DNA from: Candidatus Komeilibacteria bacterium
GTDB lineage: Bacteria > Patescibacteriota > Patescibacteriia > UBA1558
DNA: 64,000 bases
Assembly (NCBI GenBank): GCA_048538275.1
Contig: JBLYPW010000001.1
Location: 299,924-363,923, forward strand
Direction: 5' to 3'
This document shows, piece by piece, positions 56,724-64,000 of the stretch (position 1 is its first letter; every line of letters begins with the position of its first letter). The notes beneath the pieces are model-generated. The model was not told the DNA's origin. It ran no database searches and saw nothing but the letters and a program-made list of their open reading frames with translations. The translations under genes were made by a program, and so were the position numbers.

Positions 56724-57986
56724 ATGCCAACAAAAAAGAAAACAACGACTACTAAGGCAGAAATTAAGAAAGCTGACAATAAAAAAGCCGAAACTATAAA
56801 AGAGATTTATGCTAGCGGCGAAGAAATTGTTTTACCAACTAAAACTTTGAATTGGCTAGCGGTGGTAATAGTGGCATTAGTAGCTGGTGCGGCAGCTGGT
56901 TGGTTTGGCGGCTGGTGGCAAGCTCAAATTAATGGTTTGGTGATTAATAATGAAGTAAAGGATAATAATGTTTCCAGTATTATTGATTTAGCAAATAATC
57001 AAAACGATAAATTAAAAAAAAGCTTTGATCAGGTTACTTTAGATAATTTAGCCACTCAGACTGTCGGTATTTATTTGGCGCCAGCTGGCGGTAGTCCCTT
57101 GCAAGAAATATATAAAGAATCCAACTTGGTAGGCCAGGCTTTGGTTATCACTAGTGATGGTTGGCTTTTGACCAATGATTCTGTATTGACCAATGATCCA
57201 GACAAATATCTTATTATTACCAGTTCACGTGCTGGTTATGGCATTGACCAAGTAGTGCGTGACGCTTTTAGCCATCTCGTATTTATCAAAATAGATGCAG
57301 ATAAGTTAAATCCGATTGCGATTAGTCGGGCGGATAATATTGAGTATAATGATGACTTGATTAGCATGCGTCAGAATGTTCGTTATAATCAACCGGACAT
57401 AAATTATATACGTTTGACTAATAAGCATTTTGTGGCTTGGCAAGAAGCGGCTGACTTTCTTCATACCACCGATATTAATGATGTTTATCTAAAGTTGAAT
57501 CAAGTTTTAGCAGCCAATAATGATGGTAGTATGCTGGCCACTCAAGCTGGCGAGGTAATTGGTATGTTATATCAAGGTGATGACGCGGGTATTATCAGAG
57601 CGGTACCAGGTTTTTATTTACAATTAGCGGTTAGTAATTTTTTAAGCGACCAGACAAGGGTGAATCATAATTCATTGGGAGTTAGTTATATTGATTTGGC
57701 GGAGACCGTCGGCCTTCCGCAAAGTATGCATCAAGGCTATAATCGCGGTAGTTTATTGTTTGGTACGGACGGTCAACCAGCTGTAGAGAAAGACAGTGTA
57801 GCAGACAAGGCAAAATTAGTAGCTGGGGATATTATTATCGCTGTGAATGATCAAGAGCTAAACGCTGCTACAGGATTGACACGTCTTTTGCAAGAATATC
57901 CTTTAGGTGCCACTGTAACTTTAACTGTAGTTCATGAAGATAATAGTACCGAAGATATTATAGTGACTTTGACCGCGCAGGAATAA
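56724..57986 (+). CDS. HtrA/DegP-like trypsin-fold protein with C-terminal PDZ domain; catalytic motifs degenerate
   Basis: N-terminal TM; G.ALVITSDGWLLTNDSVL (TNxHV with His replaced), PDZ-like VAGDIIIAVNDQELN...VTLTV. Confidence 0.5.
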   Translation: MPTKKKTTTTKAEIKKADNKKAETIKEIYASGEEIVLPTKTLNWLAVVIVALVAGAAAGWFGGWWQAQINGLVINNEVKDNNVSSIIDLANNQNDKLKKSFDQVTLDNLATQTVGIYLAPAGGSPLQEIYKESNLVGQALVITSDGWLLTNDSVLTNDPDKYLIITSSRAGYGIDQVVRDAFSHLVFIKIDADKLNPIAISRADNIEYNDDLISMRQNVRYNQPDINYIRLTNKHFVAWQEAADFLHTTDINDVYLKLNQVLAANNDGSMLATQAGEVIGMLYQGDDAGIIRAVPGFYLQLAVSNFLSDQTRVNHNSLGVSYIDLAETVGLPQSMHQGYNRGSLLFGTDGQPAVEKDSVADKAKLVAGDIIIAVNDQELNAATGLTRLLQEYPLGATVTLTVVHEDNSTEDIIVTLTAQE

Positions 57987-57996
57987 ATTATGTTTT

Positions 57997-60561
57997 ATGA
58001 AAAAAAGTAGCCAGCTTAATAATAAAAATCAGTCACCGGTAGATTTTGATTTGGCAGATTTTTATATTGCAGAAGAAGAGTTGGTAGAGGAGATTGCAAT
58101 TAAAGCTAAAGCAAAGCTTTTGACTCAGTATGAGCTTGATAAACTTATCAATCAATCAACGCAGCAAACCGCTTGGCCGATTCGCAAAAACAATTCTCAA
58201 TTATTACCAACTTCACCACATATTTTAGATTTGCGTCGGCGTCTCCAAGTCCAAGAACAAGAGTTAGCTGCGCTAGAGAAAGATTTGGTACGGCAACAGA
58301 ATGTTATCAGTTGGCGTCAACGTTGGTTGTCCTTGGTTCATTGGCAATGGCAATGGCCAGAATTTAGTTGGCGACCTGCTTTATGGCAAAAGTTATCAGC
58401 TGTTCAATTTTTGATCAGTTGTGGTCTTTTATTATTTATGATTCTCAAAAATCTTGGTCGACTTCTTAGATTTTCTTTGCGGCGGGTTGTTGATTTTATC
58501 TTACATGTTTGGTTGGGATTTCAGAAAATTAAGCGGCATATTAGAGAAGGTTTGACTAATGTACAAGAGGCGAGCTGGCGACGTGGTTTACGACCGGCCG
58601 CTATGTTTGCTGTTATTGCGACGCTATTATTATTGCCTTATGCTGTATTTGGTATTTATCGCGATGCTCGTATTACAGAGGGTAAGGTTATGGGTATTAG
58701 CCGGACGGCAATAGATGGTTGGCAATTGGGTGTGGATGCTTTAGTGCAAGGAGATTGGCAAGCCGCTTGGCAAGCATTTGATCGGGCCGGCACTGATTTT
58801 AGTGACGCCACGTCTTTGATTAACAATTATCAATCTGTTTTATTGAATATGTCACAAAATATGCCTGGTGCTTTGGGTAGAGCAGCAAGCGGTCAGAGAT
58901 TATTATCCTTAGGTGAAAAATTGTCGGCCACAGTAGCTGATATTAGTAGTACTATACAGTCTAGTCAGGACTCTGAAATGGTATTGACTGATAAGTTGAG
59001 TCTTTGGTCCGAACACTTATCCCAGTGGCGCGACGTTTATAATGATATTGGTCCTGACTTATTAGCTATTCAAGTTGATTTATTGCCCATGCAGTATCAG
59101 GCGCCTTTATTGTATTGGCAAAAAAACTATCATTTGATAGAAAATTTATTGAATGAAAGCCAGTTGACTTTAGATTGGTTGAAGGTCACTTTGGGCGCCA
59201 ATCAACCACAACGTTATTTGATTATGTTTCAAAATAGTAATGAACTAAGAGCCACGGGTGGCTTTATGGGCAGCTTTGCTTTATTGGATGTAGCACAAGG
59301 GGAAATAAGCAATATAGAAATACCGGGTGGTGGCATTTATGCTTTGCAAGGTCAACAAAAAGAGTTTGTCGCAGCACCTTATCCTATGCAGTTATTGAGC
59401 AGTCGTTGGCAGTGGTGGGATGCTAATTGGTGGCCTGACTGGCCCACCAGTGCGCAGAAGATAGCTTGGTTTTATGAGAGAGCGGGCGGTGCTACCGTAG
59501 ACGGCGTCATAGCGATCAATAGCCAAGTATTGAGTGATTGGATGAATTTAGTTGGTCCAATTTCATTGCCCAAGTATGATAAAGAATTAGATAGCGCTAA
59601 TGTTATATTAGCATTACAACATGCTGTTGAATTTGAATATGATAAACAAGCCAATCGTCCCAAGAGTATTATTGGTGATCTATTTCCGGTTTTGATGCAG
59701 AGGATTTATGATTTGCCAGCTGATAAGTATGCTACCGCCCTCGGTCTTGTCTTGGATGAATTCAATCGCTCTGATATACAATTTTATTTTACTAATGATG
59801 AACAGCAAAATTATGTTGCCAATCATCGCTGGGACGGCAGTATCAAAAAAATCAATGGTGATTATTTGAATGTGGTGGCTACGAATATCGGTGGCGGGAA
59901 AACAGACGCCGTTATTAAACAAAAAGTTGATTATCAAATAAGCTTGGGGCCAGATGATCATCTTATCGCTAAAGTAGCTATCACACGCAGTCATCATGGT
60001 GATCAGGAGGATGTATTTGAACGCCAACGTAATGTTTCCTTCTTGCGTCTTTATGTTCCCTTGGGGAGCGATCTTATTCAAGTAAACGGCGCTATGCCCC
60101 CTGATGATAAATTATTTGAGAGCGTGGGTAATGATTTAGCAGCTGATAAAAATTTAATTGCGTTTGATGGTTTGCATTATTATGCTCCATTTGAAAAGTA
60201 CTATAGCGTAGAACAGTTTGGTAAGCAGGTTTTTGGTCAATGGCTGATGGTGGACCCGGGAGAGAGTAAAACTATTACTTTTATTTATCGTTTGCCTATT
60301 GCCGTTGAGCAGGTGACAAATAAAACTGGTTGGCTGCCCTGGTCGCATAGCACTGCCCAGCGACTGGTGTATAGCTTATATGTGCAAAAGCAGTCGGGTG
60401 ATTTAAATACGGAGTTTAATTTTGCCACTAATTTAGATGATAGTTGGCAGATAGAGTGGGCCAAGGACAGTGATGGCAACTTAGTTAAGCTGGGGAATTG
60501 GTTATCGTCTAGTCAGCCGCTGCAGCGCGATTATCAGCTTGGTTTTATAATTACAAAGTAG
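57997..60561 (+). CDS. DUF4012 domain-containing membrane protein
   Basis: N-terminal TM region and conserved RYLIMFQNSNELRATGGFMGSFALLDV motif characteristic of DUF4012. Confidence 0.6.
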   Translation: MKKSSQLNNKNQSPVDFDLADFYIAEEELVEEIAIKAKAKLLTQYELDKLINQSTQQTAWPIRKNNSQLLPTSPHILDLRRRLQVQEQELAALEKDLVRQQNVISWRQRWLSLVHWQWQWPEFSWRPALWQKLSAVQFLISCGLLLFMILKNLGRLLRFSLRRVVDFILHVWLGFQKIKRHIREGLTNVQEASWRRGLRPAAMFAVIATLLLLPYAVFGIYRDARITEGKVMGISRTAIDGWQLGVDALVQGDWQAAWQAFDRAGTDFSDATSLINNYQSVLLNMSQNMPGALGRAASGQRLLSLGEKLSATVADISSTIQSSQDSEMVLTDKLSLWSEHLSQWRDVYNDIGPDLLAIQVDLLPMQYQAPLLYWQKNYHLIENLLNESQLTLDWLKVTLGANQPQRYLIMFQNSNELRATGGFMGSFALLDVAQGEISNIEIPGGGIYALQGQQKEFVAAPYPMQLLSSRWQWWDANWWPDWPTSAQKIAWFYERAGGATVDGVIAINSQVLSDWMNLVGPISLPKYDKELDSANVILALQHAVEFEYDKQANRPKSIIGDLFPVLMQRIYDLPADKYATALGLVLDEFNRSDIQFYFTNDEQQNYVANHRWDGSIKKINGDYLNVVATNIGGGKTDAVIKQKVDYQISLGPDDHLIAKVAITRSHHGDQEDVFERQRNVSFLRLYVPLGSDLIQVNGAMPPDDKLFESVGNDLAADKNLIAFDGLHYYAPFEKYYSVEQFGKQVFGQWLMVDPGESKTITFIYRLPIAVEQVTNKTGWLPWSHSTAQRLVYSLYVQKQSGDLNTEFNFATNLDDSWQIEWAKDSDGNLVKLGNWLSSSQPLQRDYQLGFIITK

Positions 60562-60586
60562 AAATAATATTAACGTATATTTATAA

Positions 60587-60610
60587 ATGCCTAATATTGG
60601 GCATTTTTTT
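60587..60610 (+). terminator. Weak rho-independent terminator
   Basis: atgcc/ggcat stem followed by T7. Confidence 0.35.
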
Positions 60611-60631
60611 CTATTTATGTGGATAAAGTCC

Positions 60632-60802
60632 TTGACAGATAGTACATAATAGTGTATATTACAGTATTAAATAAAATGTTTTTTTGAAAAATATTTGAAA
60701 TTGTATTAATATAGACTTCATAAGGAGAGAGTCAATATTAGTATCCTAAAGAGATATTAATATTGTTTTAGGAAAACGACCTACTCTCTCTGGGTCGTTT
60801 TT
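60632..60802 (+). ncRNA. Candidate small RNA: sigma70-like promoter (TTGACA-17-TATATT, 60632-60660) to intrinsic terminator (cgacc/ggtcg + T-run, 60777-60802)
   Basis: Consensus promoter spacing; ~135-nt transcript region with long-range pairing ggagagagt (60724-60732)/actctctct (60783-60791); no ORF. Confidence 0.3.
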
Positions 60803-61587
60803 CTTTAATTAGCTGTAGGGGGGAGAGTTATTTGTCGGTACTGACCGAGGATTGACGGTTGGGATCGGCGCGGTTTATGCCTTTTAGGCAATATCCGGCC
60901 AGTCACGTGTGACGTGATTGAACTGGATTTTACCTGGACATAATCCATCGTTTAGTGGGTTTTTTATAAAGCCAATGCTAAACCAACTCTTCTACCTATA
61001 GCTAGTTAGAGAGGATATTTATAAAATGGAAATTAAAGTCGGGCGTACATTATATATTTATTAAATTCTCCCATCGCTTTAGTTTCCAGCTTATAAATAT
61101 TCTAGTGAGATCAGCGTAGGTGGGGCTAATAAAATGGTTTGTTGTAGTCCGTGTGATAACCATCAAGCTATTTAGTCCCTCGTACATTGATTTTAAAAAA
61201 CAATATTTACGGCAGTGGTTATCCAAAAAAGTTGTTGGTACAACCCCGGTCACCCGGTGGGATAACAATAGGGTTCGATTCCCGACATTGCCACGCAAGG
61301 AGAGAGCAATCTCTCCTTTTATTACCAGCATAGTGATTGACAACAGAACAATAAGGTGTAGAATGAATTAGCTAAGAGTCATCTTGGCTAGAGAAAACTG
61401 CGCCCGAACTGAAGGCTGAATTACAGGATTCTTTATTCTTCAATAAAACGGAGAATAAACTCTCTCCTTTAAGAATACTGTAACTCATGCAATCCTCTCA
61501 GTCGGGCGCAGTTTTTTGCTTTGTATAATGATATTGCCTTATGGTATAATTTTATTAATACAGAATTTATAAATCCTATGAAAAATT
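60803..61587. other. Non-coding structured region: T-loop-like ggttcgattcc (61272-61282), terminator-like ggagagag-caat-ctctcc-TTTT (61299-61322), large nested inverted repeat 61398-61517 with T-run, tandem TATAAT boxes 61524-61550
   Basis: No credible ORF (two overlapping antiparallel ORFs with random-looking translations); multiple predicted stable hairpins. Confidence 0.3.
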
Positions 61588-63510
61588 ATGGAAAATCCAG
61601 ACTGGCTAAAAAATAAATATAATGATTTACACAATACAAAAGAAGTAAAGTCAGCTGTTCGAGCAGAAGAGCAGTTTACTGGTGAAAAAGTACCACAGAA
61701 TCCAGAACAACAGATTCAAAGCTATTTAGATCGTTTAGAAAAGTTAGTCCTTGATCCAGATAAAAAGCAATCAAGGAAAATGATGGGTAAAGAGCAAAGA
61801 CCAAGAGCCCTATCCTTACTTAGAGAAATGGTAATGAATGAATATATTCGTCCTAATAAAGAAAAACTAGCAGAAGGAGCAGCCAGAGTAGAAGAAAGAG
61901 CAGCTAGGAACTTAGGAATGGATATTGAATATGGAGAAGAACAATTAGAACAAAGAGGTGAAATAGCTATAGAAGATTTAGAAAAATCACTAGATAATTG
62001 GATTTCTTATCTTTCAGATGCTAATGAACCATATCCAACTTGGTTTAGATATTATGCTTTTAGAAATATATTAAAGCTAGGAGATTATGATAAAGACAAA
62101 AAAGAGTTTACCAAGAGAACTAAAGGTAGTACTAAACTATTCCCCGAAATAGATAGGGGAGCCTTAGCATATATACAGCAAAATATAGAAGCTTCTAAAG
62201 ATCCTAAAATACTTGCCAAGCTTCAAGAAGCACAAAAACAAGCAGCTAATGGTGATGTTCCAGAAGATCAGCTTATCACCAAAGAAAAGGTACAAAACTT
62301 TTCTAATCTTTCCTTTGCTAAGCAATATGCAGAAGGAATATCTAAAAATGGTGAAATAACCCCAGAGCTTAGAGCCATAACAGAAGGTAAATGGGTTAAG
62401 TATCAACAAGGTACAGAACCAACAGCTCTTTGGTCATCTCTACAAAACAAAGGCACAGCTTGGTGTACAAAAGGTTTTGCTACAGCCAAAACTCAACTTG
62501 AAGGTGGAGATTTTTATGTATATTACACATTAGATAAAAAAGGCAGTCCTACTATTCCTAGAATAGCTATAAGAATGCAAGGAGAGAATGTAGGAGAAGC
62601 CAGAGGAGTAGAAGACAGTGATCAGAATATGGAAGGTAATATGATAGCTATTGCCGAAGAAAAGCTAAGTACACTTCCAGGAGCTGAAAGCTATAAAGAA
62701 AAAACAGCTGACATGAAAATGCTTACTAGTATATATAACAGACATAAGCAAGGAGAAGAACTTATAAAAGAAGACCTTATCTTTTTATATGAAATAGATA
62801 AACCTATTCAAGGCTTTGGTTATAAAAAAGATCCGAGAATAGAAGAAATACGAGACAAAAGAGATGTAACCAAAGATGCATCAATTGTATTTGAATGCAC
62901 TCCAGATCAAATAGCTAAAAATATTAATGAAGTAAATGAAAATACAGTAGCATATATAGGGCAATGGAATATACCAGCTTTTCAAGTAATTAAAAACCAT
63001 CCCAATATTATTTACTTTTATGAATCTTTCCCAGATAAAAAGATATTCATGCAAACTCTAGAAACAGATCCTAGTATAGATTCACCTGATACAGCCAAAC
63101 AGTCTCTTAAAGATAAGAACATCTATCTTTCAGATTGGGGAAAGGATATTTTAGAAAAAACAGAGTTTAGTAAAGAAAAACAAGAATATGATTTAGTGAG
63201 ATTTACAGTAGAGCAATTAGGATTTCCAAATGGTGCTACTACTGATGAAATATATAATAAAGCTCAAGAGCTCGGACTTGAATTATGTCCAGCTGAAATT
63301 GGACCTCAATTAAGATTACAAAGTACTAGTAAGGAATGGATGCTTATTGCTATGAAACAGATTATAGACCGTGATGGCGCTCCGTCGCTGTTCGATCTGC
63401 GTGATGATGGTTATCAGCTGGTACTGAGCAGCGACGGTGCTTGGTCTGACGGCAGGTGGTTTTCGGACGGTAGGTTTGTGTTTCATTACCGCCCCAGTAG
63501 CAAAGCGTAG
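61588..63510 (+). CDS. Orphan 640-aa hypothetical protein; AT-rich body with abrupt GC-rich 3' end
   Basis: Long uninterrupted ORF, charged/low-complexity N-terminus, no signal peptide; composition shift at ~63360. Confidence 0.5.
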   Translation: MENPDWLKNKYNDLHNTKEVKSAVRAEEQFTGEKVPQNPEQQIQSYLDRLEKLVLDPDKKQSRKMMGKEQRPRALSLLREMVMNEYIRPNKEKLAEGAARVEERAARNLGMDIEYGEEQLEQRGEIAIEDLEKSLDNWISYLSDANEPYPTWFRYYAFRNILKLGDYDKDKKEFTKRTKGSTKLFPEIDRGALAYIQQNIEASKDPKILAKLQEAQKQAANGDVPEDQLITKEKVQNFSNLSFAKQYAEGISKNGEITPELRAITEGKWVKYQQGTEPTALWSSLQNKGTAWCTKGFATAKTQLEGGDFYVYYTLDKKGSPTIPRIAIRMQGENVGEARGVEDSDQNMEGNMIAIAEEKLSTLPGAESYKEKTADMKMLTSIYNRHKQGEELIKEDLIFLYEIDKPIQGFGYKKDPRIEEIRDKRDVTKDASIVFECTPDQIAKNINEVNENTVAYIGQWNIPAFQVIKNHPNIIYFYESFPDKKIFMQTLETDPSIDSPDTAKQSLKDKNIYLSDWGKDILEKTEFSKEKQEYDLVRFTVEQLGFPNGATTDEIYNKAQELGLELCPAEIGPQLRLQSTSKEWMLIAMKQIIDRDGAPSLFDLRDDGYQLVLSSDGAWSDGRWFSDGRFVFHYRPSSKA

Positions 63511-63550
63511 CTTGCTACGGGGCAAGCAAGTTAGAAACTTAGAAATTTTG

Positions 63551-63597
63551 CCTGCCTGCCGAAGCTTCGGCGTAGGCAGGATCCTTTGTTTTTTTAA
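63551..63597 (+). terminator. GC-rich rho-independent terminator
   Basis: Nested palindrome cctgcctgccgaagcttcggcgtaggcagg followed by TTTGTTTTTTT. Confidence 0.6.
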
Positions 63598-63739
63598 TTC
63601 TTTGATTTCTTTGACGCTTTGATACTTTGCCTGTCCATCGTAACAACTGTTCATGTTTCGCATACAGGTAGGTTGATGCAGGTGGGATTATTTTAGGTGG
63701 ACAAAATTGTAATTTTTCCCTATAATAATAGGGATTTTT

Positions 63740-64000
63740 ATGTGGCATAGATTGTGGCACAAATTAATAACAACCGTAACTGGTGGGGCAGTATTGATTG
63801 CCTTTTTTTCTATTATATCCAAGGTAATAGGTCTTTTTCGTGATCACTTATTAGCTAGTAATTTTGGCGCTGATCAAACTTTAGATATTTATTATGCCAG
63901 TTTTCGTTTACCTGATTTTATATTCAACACCTTGGTGTTGGGAGCATTGTCAGCGGCTTTTATACCTATATTTGTCAAACTATGGCACAACAATGAAGAA
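63740..64000 (+). CDS. murJ: Lipid II flippase MurJ (N-terminal 87 codons; continues beyond window)
   Basis: GLFRDHLLASNFGA...DIYYASFRLPDFIFNTLVLGALSAAFIPIF matches the conserved MurJ/MviN N-terminus; open to window end. Confidence 0.6.
   Translation, partial: MWHRLWHKLITTVTGGAVLIAFFSIISKVIGLFRDHLLASNFGADQTLDIYYASFRLPDFIFNTLVLGALSAAFIPIFVKLWHNNEE

Noticed and set aside
60803-61330. tmRNA hypothesis (T-loop-like ggttcgattcc followed by terminator; candidate tag-like ORF ANAKPTLLPIAS at ~60965)
   Set aside because: No GGGG-initiated acceptor stem with G3-U70 pairing could be found to pair with the sequence following the T-loop; tag does not end in a typical ALAA/YAFA-type motif; could not fold a convincing tRNA-like domain. 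Left as unassigned structured RNA candidate.
61050-61371. Two overlapping antiparallel ORFs (97 aa minus strand, 83 aa plus strand)
   Set aside because: Mutually exclusive, both translations look random (no hydrophobic periodicity or motifs), region is full of hairpins; judged non-coding.
63316-63760. Minus-strand ORFs (115 aa, 73 aa) and a 61-aa plus-strand ORF at the GC-rich end of the orphan gene
   Set aside because: They overlap the stop/terminator hairpins and the GC-rich tail; open frames in a GC-rich patch are likely by chance; none has motifs.

Overview
This window is a gene-dense stretch of an AT-rich (roughly 40% GC), compact bacterial genome that uses the standard genetic code (UGA stops are used). 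Gene content points to a reduced-genome lineage, probably CPR/Patescibacteria-like. The supporting features are a short EF-Ts, a dcw cluster truncated to mraZ-rsmH-ftsL-ftsI-murF, DUF4012, a pilin-like protein, no evident biosynthetic operons, and a lower-glycolysis cluster with duplicated iPGM. That lineage call is an inference, not proven. Housekeeping content, by group: (1) translation: prmC/prfA, rpmE, rpsB-tsf-pyrH, rlmH-rplJ-rplL; (2) glycolysis: gap, and pgk-eno-gpmI-gpmI with two tandem iPGM paralogs; (3) envelope and lipid carrier: uppP, a PAP2-like protein, mltG, the first 87 codons of murJ; (4) division/cell wall: mraZ-rsmH-ftsL-ftsI-murF followed by tRNA-Glu(CUC); (5) metals and redox: csoR/SHOCT/copA copper module, a DsbA-like protein with a CxxC membrane partner; (6) transport and other: a MacAB-like efflux operon with two FtsX-type permeases, rarA, an SPFH protein, corA, tspO, pcm, a GDP-mannose pyrophosphorylase-like gene, tag, a standalone Cas4-like PD-(D/E)xK nuclease, a large secreted M23 peptidase carrying FN3 and a T9SS-type C-terminal sorting-like domain, an HtrA-like PDZ protein and a DUF4012 protein. 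Accessory or atypical content: (a) a compositional island at about 22.1-24.8 kb. It has a GC-rich segment with a small DUF1874-like gene, then a very AT-rich 582-aa protein built from about nine tandem helical repeats. That gene is driven by a sigma70-like promoter whose spacer contains a G8 homopolymer tract, a candidate phase-variable switch. (b) A GC-rich block of two 72-bp perfect direct repeats immediately downstream of tRNA-Glu, followed by a frameshifted NUDIX pseudogene. (c) A non-coding region of about 1 kb (60.6-61.6 kb) holding a promoter+terminator-delimited sRNA candidate, a tRNA T-loop-like 11-mer and a large nested inverted-repeat hairpin. It precedes an AT-rich 640-aa orphan gene whose last ~50 codons and terminator switch abruptly to about 60% GC. 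No CRISPR array, rRNA, transposase or integrase was seen.
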